Part shown: positions 29,224-39,122 of the stretch, piece after piece
How positions within the stretch are numbered: position 1 is the stretch's first letter
Layout of the letters: each line of letters begins with the position of its first letter
DNA from: Halobacteriovoraceae bacterium
Lineage (GTDB): Bacteria > Bdellovibrionota > Bacteriovoracia > Bacteriovoracales > Bacteriovoracaceae
DNA: 64,000 bases
Direction: 5' to 3'
Assembly: GCA_963719505.1 (NCBI GenBank)
Contig: CAVRCF010000001.1
Span: 320,001-384,000, forward strand
Notes under the pieces: generated by a model
Databases searched by the model: none
What the model saw: only the letters and a program-made list of their open reading frames with translations
Told to the model about the DNA's origin: nothing
Program-made: the position numbers and the translations under genes

Positions 29224-30699
29224 ATGAAAAAGTATATACTCTCGCTGGATCAGGGAACAACAGGGTCTACAGCACTAATAGTCGATTCCAATTCACTAAA
29301 AGTAGTCGCTCAATGCAACCATGAATTCCCGCAGATCTTTCCTAAACCAGGACTAGTTGAACATGACTTAGATGAAATTTGGAAAAGCCTCAAAAATGCG
29401 GTGATAGATGTTTTGAAACAGACTGGTATTGATCCTAAAGATATTGAATCAATAGGAATAACAAATCAAAGAGAGACGACATGCGCCTATAGAAAAGACG
29501 GAACCGCTTTAGCAAATGCGATAGTCTGGCAAGATCGAAGAACAAGAGACTTCTGCGAGGAGAACTCTGGAGCCTATCAGGACTTGAAGAAAAAAACTGG
29601 TCTACCACTAGACTCTTACTTCAGTGGAACAAAGATGCGTTGGCTTTTGGAACACAATAAAGAGGTGCAACAGGCAGCTAAAGAAAATGATCTTTTATTT
29701 TCAACAATTGATACTTATATTTTATATCGACTCACAAATGGTGAATCCTTTCTAACTGAGCCAAGTAACGCTTCTAGAACCTTATTAATGGATCTTTCTT
29801 CTACCGATTGGGATGAGAAGCTTCTAAGTTTTTTTAATGTTAAAGATTCGTTTCTTCCAAAGATTGTCGACTCTTTTTCTTTATTCGGAAAGACGAAAGA
29901 CCTAGATTTTTTGCCAGATAATATTTCAATTTCTTGCCTCTTAGGTGATCAACAATCAGCCCTTTTTGGCCAAGGCGGTAGTGAAAAGGGTGACCTCAAG
30001 TGTACTTACGGAACTGGTGCTTTCATCCTCTTAAATACAGGTTCGGAAATTAAATTCTCAAACAATAATTTGATCACGACAGTTGCTTTTCGACATAAGG
30101 GACAAACAACTTATGCCCTCGAAGGCTCAACCTATATAGCTGGGGCGGCTGTTCAGTGGCTAAGAGATAATTTGAAAATTATTGAGACTTCTGCCGATAT
30201 TGAACAACTCGCAAGACAAGCAAAAGATGAAAAGATGGAAGAAATATTTTTCTTTCCCTTTTTCACCGGCATTGGATCTCCGTATTGGAATTCTGACGCT
30301 ACCGCTTCAATCATTGGATTAACTCGTGGGACTACCGACTCTGAAATAGCTCGCGCTGCTTTAGAGGGTATCGCCTTGTCAATAAATGACTCTGTTCGGG
30401 CCCTTGTGTCTGATGTAGAAATGGATGTTGAAGAAATTTTTGTCGATGGTGGAGCCTCGCTAAATGACTATCTTATGCAAATGCAGGCGAACTTTTCAAG
30501 TTGTACAATATCAAGACCAGAGGTTTTCGAGACAACCGCATACGGTGTTGCTCTTGGGGCTCTTTTAGGTTTAGGTAAACTCAATTTTGATCAAATAAAA
30601 AGCATAAGAAAAATTGATAAGTCCTTTCAACCTATTTCTTCGCAATATGTGACAAAGAAGAAAGTTGATTGGACTCGACTCATTAAAAAGATATATTAG
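29224..30699 (+). CDS. glpK: Glycerol kinase
   Basis: LDQGTTG, GITNQRET, IVWQDRR, GDQQSALFG, KCTYGTG, VDGG motifs. Confidence 0.95.
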   Translation: MKKYILSLDQGTTGSTALIVDSNSLKVVAQCNHEFPQIFPKPGLVEHDLDEIWKSLKNAVIDVLKQTGIDPKDIESIGITNQRETTCAYRKDGTALANAIVWQDRRTRDFCEENSGAYQDLKKKTGLPLDSYFSGTKMRWLLEHNKEVQQAAKENDLLFSTIDTYILYRLTNGESFLTEPSNASRTLLMDLSSTDWDEKLLSFFNVKDSFLPKIVDSFSLFGKTKDLDFLPDNISISCLLGDQQSALFGQGGSEKGDLKCTYGTGAFILLNTGSEIKFSNNNLITTVAFRHKGQTTYALEGSTYIAGAAVQWLRDNLKIIETSADIEQLARQAKDEKMEEIFFFPFFTGIGSPYWNSDATASIIGLTRGTTDSEIARAALEGIALSINDSVRALVSDVEMDVEEIFVDGGASLNDYLMQMQANFSSCTISRPEVFETTAYGVALGALLGLGKLNFDQIKSIRKIDKSFQPISSQYVTKKKVDWTRLIKKIY

Positions 30700-31394
30700 T
30701 CATTCATAACGATGTATTTATCTTTTCTGAATTCTTGCCGTTTATAGAAAAGCCTTTTTTTCAATTCGAAAAGTGCAACCTCAGTATTATCTTGAATCTG
30801 TTTCATTTTTTCAATTCCTGAGCTATTTGTCAGATCCAGTGCATTTATTGCAATCTTTTCTTCCATCTTTAGTTTTTCTTTTTCCCTTTGGTAAAGCTTT
30901 TGGTGCTTAAAAAGAAGCACTTCTTCGTTAACATTATTAAAGGGAACAACTTTTTTACCGGCTGAAATGACGCTCGCAGGTTCGCGAGCTGAAACAGCAC
31001 TTATGACCGATGTATATTTTTTCTTATTCGATTCGATAATATCTAAATACTTGAGATTGATTCGATTAACCTCATCAATAATTTCAGCTCTCATTTTTTC
31101 CATATCATTCTTTGCGCTTACATCATTGACAATGACGGGAGCTTTAGACTTTCTAATTTCATCAAGAAGTTCATTTCTAATATCAGAAAGCTTTTCTGCA
31201 GAGCTATAGTCTTCCGTTTTGCTGTCAATTAAAAATGACGTACCAAACGCGATGAAAACCGTGTAGGAGACAATAAAGAATGAAGCCCAAACTGGATTAA
31301 TAGTCTTTTTCAAGTATAGGTAATTTCCAGTAAACGGTTCAACCTCAGCTGATGATTTTTTTACATCTTTGTTCATTTTTGACAATTGATTCAT
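30696..31394 (-). CDS. Membrane-anchored coiled-coil hypothetical protein
   Basis: Single N-terminal TM then charged helices; contains REPAS. Confidence 0.7.
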   Translation of the reverse strand: MNQLSKMNKDVKKSSAEVEPFTGNYLYLKKTINPVWASFFIVSYTVFIAFGTSFLIDSKTEDYSSAEKLSDIRNELLDEIRKSKAPVIVNDVSAKNDMEKMRAEIIDEVNRINLKYLDIIESNKKKYTSVISAVSAREPASVISAGKKVVPFNNVNEEVLLFKHQKLYQREKEKLKMEEKIAINALDLTNSSGIEKMKQIQDNTEVALFELKKRLFYKRQEFRKDKYIVMND

Positions 31395-31516
31395 AGCGAC
31401 CTCTTTTTGATCATTATATAGTTAAACACCCTAGCATTTCATTGCGATCGTAAATTCAAGGACTTAGTTATATTAAACGATTTGGGGAGTACCAATTTTT
31501 CTTGGCAAAGTCGCCT

Positions 31517-32797
31517 TTAACCAAAAAGTGTAAAGAGATCTTCGATTCTTCGGACGTTATGAATTTTAGAGTTTTTAATTTTGGTATTACAGACGATTTT
31601 TTCAACAAAGCTATTTTCAAGCATTGACTCGATCTGTTTATCTTCTGGGAATTTTAAAACTCTTCCTGTTAAACTCAACTCCCCTAAAAAGATGAAGTTT
31701 TGTTGGATTTTTTTACCTTTAGCTCTTCCTAAAATTGAGGCAATGACAGCAAGATCTAATTTATTTGGTATAGTTTTAGATTTTGTTATTAAGTTCAGAT
31801 AAAGTTCTTTGTTCTTTAGGATTCCAGGAAATGAGCTTTCCAGAATCGCCAACAAGATATTCATTCTCGAAAATTCGTAATTGTAAGCTATGTTTTTCGG
31901 GCTTGATGAGCCTCGCACGAGGCATTCAACCTCTACCAGTGAAACTTCATGAGATGTATTAATAACAGAACACACGCAGCCAATCAGTTCCGTTGAAGAT
32001 AACCCTTCACTCCAACAGCTGTGCTCATTGATAAATTTTATCCCTTTTTGATCATGGCTAAATGATATCGTTTTTCCTATGGTCCCAAATCTATTTTTAT
32101 TCGTCTCTACCCTTATAAAACCACTACTGAAAGTTAGGCTAATACTAATATCAACCATATGTTCAAGAGCTTTTGGGCCAGCGATCGCCCCTGCTTTATT
32201 GACCTGACTTATAATGAAAAATGTTATTCCTCTAGACTTTGCTAAATCAAGAATTTCACTAACTATTTCCTTAACGACACCAGTAGATCCGGCTTGCCCC
32301 AGGAAATCTTCATGTTGAAGAGCTTGTATCGAGTCAATAATGATAACATCGAACAAAGGAATTTCTCTTTTAATTTGGTTCCAACTGGATGCAAAAGTAA
32401 AACTTATATCACTGTCTAAAATTTCCATTCTTTTACAGCGTTTAAAGACTTGTGTATGAGATTCTTCTGATGAAATATAGAGAACTTTTTGATTTTTAAT
32501 TGTGCTTATTAGATTAAGGACAAAAGTGCTTTTTCCCACACCAGGTTCACCAGAGGTAAGAATAAGGGCCCCAACAGAGACATCTCCTAAAATTTCTTTA
32601 TAGATATTTCTATCATAACCTAGAGGTTTTTCTTTCACTTCTTGAATCTTAGAAATTGATCGTGAAGCCGAGGTTTCTTTTTGTATCGACTCTTCTTCTA
32701 AACTATTCCAAGAAAGACAACTATTGCATTTTCCAATCCATTGAGAAGATCTATATCCGCATTCCGTGCAGATATAGGCTTTCTTCTTCTTTGTCAT
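31517..32797 (-). CDS. radA: DNA repair protein RadA/Sms (divergent)
   Basis: CxxC-n-CxxC zinc finger, GEPGVGKST, IIDSIQ, GPKALEHMVD, KNRFG, GELSLTG motifs. Confidence 0.9.
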   Translation of the reverse strand: MTKKKKAYICTECGYRSSQWIGKCNSCLSWNSLEEESIQKETSASRSISKIQEVKEKPLGYDRNIYKEILGDVSVGALILTSGEPGVGKSTFVLNLISTIKNQKVLYISSEESHTQVFKRCKRMEILDSDISFTFASSWNQIKREIPLFDVIIIDSIQALQHEDFLGQAGSTGVVKEIVSEILDLAKSRGITFFIISQVNKAGAIAGPKALEHMVDISISLTFSSGFIRVETNKNRFGTIGKTISFSHDQKGIKFINEHSCWSEGLSSTELIGCVCSVINTSHEVSLVEVECLVRGSSSPKNIAYNYEFSRMNILLAILESSFPGILKNKELYLNLITKSKTIPNKLDLAVIASILGRAKGKKIQQNFIFLGELSLTGRVLKFPEDKQIESMLENSFVEKIVCNTKIKNSKIHNVRRIEDLFTLFG

Positions 32798-34683
32798 TGT
32801 CCTATTAGCTCCTTAAAGCTTTCTTCATTAATTATAGGTATATTTAGCTCCTGTGCTTTTTTAAATTTGGAAGATGAACTTTCGACATCATTAGTGATAA
32901 CGTAATCAGTCTTGGTGGAAACACTTGAAACAGCTTCTCCTCCATTTTCCTTTATCATTTTTTGCAACTCTGAGCGCTTCATAGAGAGACTTCCAGTGAT
33001 GCAAAATTTTAATCCAGAAATATTTGTGTCCTTTGGTATTTCAACAGATTTAAAGACAAATCCGTAGGAAATTAATTTCTCTATAATTTCTTTTTTTTCT
33101 TTTAAGGAGTTTATAAAATCTGTTGCTGATTTTTCAGCAAACCCATCCATTGAGATTAAATCTTCAATGGTCATGTTCATTACTTTTTCAATTGAGTCGT
33201 AACCACCAAGAACGACCTTTTCACACTTGTTGTAGGCACCACCTGTAATCCCTAAAGCGGAGAGGAACTGGATGAGTGAAACGTTTTTGCTTTTCTCAAT
33301 GTTGGCAATTACCTTTGATGCAAGCTTTTCCTTAACTTTCTCTAGTTCAAGAAGCTGGTCATTTTTAATAAAATAGAGGCTCGGAATATCCGTCACTATC
33401 TTATGTCTTATAAGTTCCTCTAACCTCTTCCCAGAGAGGTCATCTATTCCTATCTTACTGATAAAGTTTAAGATCTCATCCTTAACCTTTCCTGGACAGG
33501 TTTGGTTTTTACAAACTAATCTTATTTGCTCTATGACAACTGGCTCAAAACACGAAGGGCATTTTTCAGGATAGGTAAATTCATTTGAACTAGACTCGGA
33601 GACACCTAAAAACTTTGGTATTACTTCGCCAGATCTAACGACTTCGATGATGTCACCAGCTTTCAACTTAAACTGCTTAACCATTCCAAAGTTGTGAAGT
33701 GTCACTCGGGTAACTTTAGCACCACTTAAAACCGTTTCCTCAATATTTGCTACAGGTGTGAGAAAGCCATTCCTAGAGACCTGCCAAGAGATCGACGTAA
33801 TTTTTGCAAGCTTAAACTCCCCTTGAAACTTGAAAGCTAGTTTATAACGAGGATGGTGGGCCGTCTCCCCCATCGTTTGATGAAGGGTGAGGTCATCGAA
33901 TGAAAAAACGATCCCATCAATTAAATAGTCACCTTCAGACATAAATATTTTTGCATTTTCAATTTGATCTTTGAAGTCATCTTTAGTCTCACATAATTGA
34001 AAGTCGGGAATTTCAAAGTTTTCTTTTTTTAGCCATTTCATTTTTTCAGTCTCTGTACTTACTTCTTCTTTTTCAAATAAGACTTCGAAGGCTTGAAATG
34101 TTAAAAATCTTGAGAGGTCGTAATTTTCTTTTCTTCCTAAAAGTCCCGCTACAATATTTCTCTGGTTCGTTGGCTTCTCTAACCCTCTTAGTTCCATTTC
34201 TTCTGATAACATAATAAAGTTCTCCTCAGAGCAATAGACTTCACCGCGGACTTCAACCTTATTTTCGTAACTCTTCAATTTCTTTGGAATAGATCCTATG
34301 CATAAAGCTTTATTGAGAATATTTTCACCAATTCGTCCATCTCCTCTAGTCTTGGCCAAATGTAGAGAGCCATCTTCATAAACTAATGAACAACTAGAAC
34401 CATCAATTTTTAAAGTACTGATTACTTTTTTTCCACCAGCCCAAGAAATAAGGTCATCAATCTTATATGTCTTTGATAAAGAGAGCATTTTTTTATCATG
34501 TTCAATTTTTTCGCCAGATATAACTGAAGTTCCAACGATAGAGAGAATTTCATTTTCAGGGTCTAGGGACCTTAATTCTTCTTCAAGTTTGTCATACTCA
34601 ACATCTGAAATTTCAGGTTTCCCTTGATAGTAGAGACTTTTATGTTTGATAATTTCTTTTTCTAGAGATTCAATTTTTGACAT
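32794..34683 (-). CDS. ligA: NAD-dependent DNA ligase
   Basis: KIDG, TRGDG..GE, EVRGE, RSGEVIP motifs, Cys zinc finger, C-terminal BRCT. Confidence 0.96.
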   Translation of the reverse strand: MSKIESLEKEIIKHKSLYYQGKPEISDVEYDKLEEELRSLDPENEILSIVGTSVISGEKIEHDKKMLSLSKTYKIDDLISWAGGKKVISTLKIDGSSCSLVYEDGSLHLAKTRGDGRIGENILNKALCIGSIPKKLKSYENKVEVRGEVYCSEENFIMLSEEMELRGLEKPTNQRNIVAGLLGRKENYDLSRFLTFQAFEVLFEKEEVSTETEKMKWLKKENFEIPDFQLCETKDDFKDQIENAKIFMSEGDYLIDGIVFSFDDLTLHQTMGETAHHPRYKLAFKFQGEFKLAKITSISWQVSRNGFLTPVANIEETVLSGAKVTRVTLHNFGMVKQFKLKAGDIIEVVRSGEVIPKFLGVSESSSNEFTYPEKCPSCFEPVVIEQIRLVCKNQTCPGKVKDEILNFISKIGIDDLSGKRLEELIRHKIVTDIPSLYFIKNDQLLELEKVKEKLASKVIANIEKSKNVSLIQFLSALGITGGAYNKCEKVVLGGYDSIEKVMNMTIEDLISMDGFAEKSATDFINSLKEKKEIIEKLISYGFVFKSVEIPKDTNISGLKFCITGSLSMKRSELQKMIKENGGEAVSSVSTKTDYVITNDVESSSSKFKKAQELNIPIINEESFKELIGQ

Positions 34684-34686
34684 CTA

Positions 34687-36027
34687 TTAAACCTTAAATT
34701 TTTTGTTATATTCCTTAAGTTTTCTTTTAACATTTGAAGCGAGATAAACAGTCCCTATAATGTTTGGAATTGCCATAAGGGCGAATGCTATATCAATAAA
34801 GTTTACGATATCACTCATCTCAACCATAGCCGCTAATACCAGGGAGCCAGAATAGAAAAGAATGAATGCTTTTTCACCAAGGAAGTATTTACCTCGAAAC
34901 AGATAGTTCCAGCACTTTTGACTATAGTTTGCCATTCCTATCATTGTGGAAAATGAAAAGAGGAGGATAATGATTCCTAAACCATGGCGGCCAAATGCGC
35001 CTAAAGAATTTTCAAAGGCAAAAGTTGTAAGATTTATTCCATTTAGATCTGATGCTGTTGAATCAAAGTTTACAAGTATGGTTAAGGCTGTAAGCGTACA
35101 CACTAAAATAGTATCAATAAATGGCCCTAACATGGCAACATAGCCCTCTGATACCGGCTCACTTGTTTGTGCATTTCCATGGGCCATAGGCGCTGTTCCC
35201 ATCCCCGCCTCATTTGAAAAGGCTGCTCTTTTCACACCGGTTTGAATGATATGCATAATTCCATATCCAAGCGCTCCCCCACCGACAGCTTTTCCAGTTA
35301 ATGCTTGAGAAAAAATATTAGCGAAGGTTGCTGGTATCTCTTCAAAATTCAAAACCAAGATAATGATACATAAAATGACATAAAGTGCACTCATGGTTGG
35401 TACGACTTTCGTGGTAATACTAGCAATTCTTTTTAGTCCTCCCAAAAGGATATAAAAGATTGCAACAGCGAAGATAGATCCCGTTAGAATCTTAGGGGAT
35501 CCATAACTTTCAAATGCAAATAAAGAGAGTTGGTTAATTTGAAAAAGAGCAAGTGTACCTATCACGCCAAAAATAGCAAAGAGGATGGCCATGAATTTAA
35601 ATTTCGATCCCATTCCATGTTCGATAAAGTACATAGGACCCCCCTGAACTTCACCTCTATAGTCTTTTCCTCGGTAAAGAACAGCGAGAGTACACTCGAA
35701 AAATTTTGTATTCATCCCTAAAAGTGCAGCAATCCACATCCAAAAGATCGCTCCAGGACCACCTTGATAAATAGCGATAGCAACACCTGAAATATTTCCA
35801 AGTCCAATCGTCGCTGCCAGGGCATTACATAAAGCTTCAAAATGTGTCAGTTGCCCCTCAACTTCTGAATGCTTTGTTTTCCCTGAAACAAGTTTCAATG
35901 CGTGAACAAAACCTCTTAAGGGAATAAACTTTGAGTAAGCGATAAGGATTATATTAGCGACAAGTAAGAGACTTAAAAGAGGAACCCCCCAAATAAAACC
36001 GGCAAAGTCTGAAAGTATATCGCTCAT
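34687..36027 (-). CDS. Alanine/glycine:cation symporter (AGCS family)
   Basis: TIGLGNISGVA, GGPGAIFWMW, GGPMYFI, FSNEAGMG motifs. Confidence 0.92.
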   Translation of the reverse strand: MSDILSDFAGFIWGVPLLSLLLVANIILIAYSKFIPLRGFVHALKLVSGKTKHSEVEGQLTHFEALCNALAATIGLGNISGVAIAIYQGGPGAIFWMWIAALLGMNTKFFECTLAVLYRGKDYRGEVQGGPMYFIEHGMGSKFKFMAILFAIFGVIGTLALFQINQLSLFAFESYGSPKILTGSIFAVAIFYILLGGLKRIASITTKVVPTMSALYVILCIIILVLNFEEIPATFANIFSQALTGKAVGGGALGYGIMHIIQTGVKRAAFSNEAGMGTAPMAHGNAQTSEPVSEGYVAMLGPFIDTILVCTLTALTILVNFDSTASDLNGINLTTFAFENSLGAFGRHGLGIIILLFSFSTMIGMANYSQKCWNYLFRGKYFLGEKAFILFYSGSLVLAAMVEMSDIVNFIDIAFALMAIPNIIGTVYLASNVKRKLKEYNKKFKV

Positions 36028-37493
36028 TAATATGAAAACAATGCGCCAAGTTTTAGCATTGTATCCCTGTAAGTTACTTCAGAGACGTCTCCACTGAAAT
36101 CCGCACTATTATTTGTTATCTCTACGCCACCAATTAAAGTGACTTCTGGTGCATATTTAAAACTAGCTCCCGCTTCAAAATGAAGAGAGTTTGAGTCTTT
36201 ACTAGATCCATATATATTGTCATCATCTTTGAATTCAGAAAATGGAATAATTTCTCCCTTGGCAAAAATTCTTATCCCTCTTTGAAGTGGCATGTTTCCA
36301 CCAACACCCACTAGAAAGCCAGATAAGCTGTTGGAGCCAAATCCGTCTACATTACTTCTTTCAACATTGTAAGAGTAATTGACATAACCACCATAAAGAT
36401 TAACTTGAGGTCCATAAAAGAAACCCATGGGTAAATACTTATAACCACCAACGACTTTAAGAACACCATTTGATACGGATACCGTTTTTAAATCTGGGCT
36501 GCCTGAATCCTTTGAAAGGTTACCCAACGTTCGGGAAAATTCACCAGCAACAAAGTAATTTCTGGTTATCCAAGCCTCACCCTCTACACTTAAACCGTAG
36601 GTTAAGCCTGACATTTTTATTGAGCCAGCTGAAGGAGAAGTACCAATAGAACTTGATCCCATCTTCAGACCTATCGTAAGGGTTCCTAGTTTTCCAAATG
36701 TTTTCTCTTTTGCATCATCGAAATTTTTATTTCCAAGGCTATTAAGAGCAGTAACCTCTTCTAATGTTACCCAGTCGCCTGGTTTAATTTTAGTATTTGT
36801 ATTGTAAACTTTGATAATTCCGAGAGCTTGTTTAGTACTCTCATTAAAAATCTTTCCTTCTGCAATATCATCAAAGTCCCATTCGACAACAGTTTTTAAA
36901 AGCCTATGTCTGGTCTTATTTTTATATCTTTTTACTGAAAATTTTTGTCCAATTGATTTTTTCTTATTTGGTGAAACGGTGAACGTGACCTGGTCTCCTA
37001 ATACACCGATGACTTGACCATCATAGGGAATACTTTGTTCGTAAGTTTCTAGCCATGTTACCAGCTGATTAGAAACACTCTCAACATTTGCATTCTCAAT
37101 AATTGTTTTTTCATTAAAGTATAAATCAATTCCATTTTCACCCAAGACATCCATCTCGAGTTCAACTTTATTGACCACATACTTAATATTAATTCTAATG
37201 AGTGATCCTACCTGAAGCTTATTTATAACTGTTCGAAGGACCTGTGGATCCTCGAGGTGCTCGGCAAGTCTTTCACGGTATTTACTAAAAACTGTTAACA
37301 ATGAAGCCGTCGATTCGTAATCGCACCAGTTTCCTTCCTTTAAATAGTCTTCTAGCCGCTCATAAACTCTGTAACCCAACGCATGGCCAGCACTATCAGT
37401 GACAGGAAGCATAGAGCATTTTCGCATACTAAATCGTTCTGCATATAGATTTCCAGAGAGAAGAAGAAAAACACTTATAATAAATATTTTCAT
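36027..37493 (-). CDS. Outer-membrane protein (N-terminal periplasmic domains, C-terminal beta-barrel)
   Basis: Signal ending LYA; C-terminal ~220 aa of amphipathic strands ending LFSY. Confidence 0.6.
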   Translation of the reverse strand: MKIFIISVFLLLSGNLYAERFSMRKCSMLPVTDSAGHALGYRVYERLEDYLKEGNWCDYESTASLLTVFSKYRERLAEHLEDPQVLRTVINKLQVGSLIRINIKYVVNKVELEMDVLGENGIDLYFNEKTIIENANVESVSNQLVTWLETYEQSIPYDGQVIGVLGDQVTFTVSPNKKKSIGQKFSVKRYKNKTRHRLLKTVVEWDFDDIAEGKIFNESTKQALGIIKVYNTNTKIKPGDWVTLEEVTALNSLGNKNFDDAKEKTFGKLGTLTIGLKMGSSSIGTSPSAGSIKMSGLTYGLSVEGEAWITRNYFVAGEFSRTLGNLSKDSGSPDLKTVSVSNGVLKVVGGYKYLPMGFFYGPQVNLYGGYVNYSYNVERSNVDGFGSNSLSGFLVGVGGNMPLQRGIRIFAKGEIIPFSEFKDDDNIYGSSKDSNSLHFEAGASFKYAPEVTLIGGVEITNNSADFSGDVSEVTYRDTMLKLGALFSY

Positions 37494-37798
37494 GATAGCT
37501 CGTTTTGAAGTTGAGGAACTGTTTGAGAAGAGTTTTCATATATTGTGACAAGCATTTTTATTTCTTGTAGCTCTTCAATTTTTAACTGAAGTTCTCTTTG
37601 GAGACGTTGGTTTTCAAATTTTAATTTTATAATTTCTTTCTCTGGTGAGTTCTCATCAAAGTTTTTAACGAATATATAGTACTTTCCGTTTTCTTCTTTA
37701 TGCTTTACTCGATCAGCTTTTATATATCTTCTCACTGTCGATATAGATTTTTTCTTGTAAGCTGCGAATTCTAAGACACTTAACCATTTACCTTCCAT
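37490..37798 (-). CDS. Small MerR/excisionase-type HTH protein with C-terminal coiled coil (RacA-like architecture)
   Basis: WLSVLEFAAYKKKSISTVRRYIK...GKYYI, then heptads LKFENQRLQRELQLKIEELQEIK. Confidence 0.7.
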   Translation of the reverse strand: MEGKWLSVLEFAAYKKKSISTVRRYIKADRVKHKEENGKYYIFVKNFDENSPEKEIIKLKFENQRLQRELQLKIEELQEIKMLVTIYENSSQTVPQLQNELS

Positions 37799-37904
37799 AG
37801 TAAATACCCTTCTTTTTTGCTCAGTTATTGGGTTTTATTCCCTCTATATAATAATGAATTAGTTGTAATATCGCAAAATCAAACTTTTATAAGTTTTCTT
37901 TAGC

Positions 37905-39122
37905 ATGTCGTTATTTTATACTTCTCTTATGATTGATGTGAACCTAAGTGAATTTAAAAACAAAAAAACCGCCCTTGTTCTATCCGGAGGTGTTGTTAAG
38001 GCAGCTTCCTGGCATTTGGGTGTGGCTTTGGCTTTAGAAGAGTTGGGATTCAATTTAAAAAGTAACAAAAATTCCACGGAAGACCAGTTTAATTTGTCTC
38101 GTTCACTTGAGATTGGGACCTATGTTGGGTCTTCAGCTGGAGCGATGATAGCCATTTTTTTAGCAAGTGGATTTACCCCCCAAGAGGTCATTAATGGTGT
38201 TCTTGGCCTAAAAAGCTCAAGAATGGAGAAGCTCTCCTATAAACATATGTTTCATTTGGCCAAAAAGAAGTCAAAGCCACTCAATTCGGATATCTATCAT
38301 CCTTTGGATGAATTTCCTCCTCTGATCAGGAGTTTGATTAAACCTTTCTCCAGCTTTTCAGGATTTTTTTCCACAGAAGGTGTTAGAAAATATCTCATCG
38401 ATCATATTTTAGACTTCGATACTTTTGAGGAATTTGTTCCAGATCTTTTTATTGTAGGAACTCAACTGGACCACTCCAGAAAGGTGATTTTTAGCAAGTA
38501 CAATTATCCATCACCTTCTCACGATGCTACTGCTTGTTACTATACAGGAACCTCTATTTCAGATGCGGCTGCGGCCAGCATGTCTGTTCCTCCCTTTTAT
38601 ACCCCTTATCCAATCATTAATCCAAAGACTGGGGAGAAAGACTACTATATAGACGGGGAAATCCGAGAAACTCTATCGACTCACGTTGCGGAAGACAATG
38701 GTTGCGATATTATCATAAGCTCTTGGACTCACACACCTTATCATTTCTTTGATGAGATTGGCTCACTCGCAAATTATGGGCTCCCTAGTATCGCAATTCA
38801 ATCGATTTATCTTATGATTCAGAAAAAGATTGTAGCCTCTAGAGCTCGCCGTGCTACTGCCAACGATATTATCAACACTGTATCTGGATATATGAAAAGC
38901 CAACAGTTTACCGAAAAGCATAGAAGAGAGATTTTAGCCATTCTTGAAAGAAAGCTAAACTATAAGAAGAATGTTAAGTTAATAGACATCTATCCTGATC
39001 ACCAAGATTACAAACTCTTTTTTGGAAACTCCTTCTCTCTTAATCCGAAAGTCGCCGCCCACACCGTCAAAGCTGGTTACAAGAAAACTATGCAGGTTTT
39101 TTATCAGTCTGAATTTCTATGA
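37905..39122 (+). CDS. Patatin-like phospholipase
   Basis: LVLSGG, GSSAG nucleophile motif, ASMSVP, IDGE catalytic Asp. Confidence 0.88.
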   Translation: MSLFYTSLMIDVNLSEFKNKKTALVLSGGVVKAASWHLGVALALEELGFNLKSNKNSTEDQFNLSRSLEIGTYVGSSAGAMIAIFLASGFTPQEVINGVLGLKSSRMEKLSYKHMFHLAKKKSKPLNSDIYHPLDEFPPLIRSLIKPFSSFSGFFSTEGVRKYLIDHILDFDTFEEFVPDLFIVGTQLDHSRKVIFSKYNYPSPSHDATACYYTGTSISDAAAASMSVPPFYTPYPIINPKTGEKDYYIDGEIRETLSTHVAEDNGCDIIISSWTHTPYHFFDEIGSLANYGLPSIAIQSIYLMIQKKIVASRARRATANDIINTVSGYMKSQQFTEKHRREILAILERKLNYKKNVKLIDIYPDHQDYKLFFGNSFSLNPKVAAHTVKAGYKKTMQVFYQSEFL

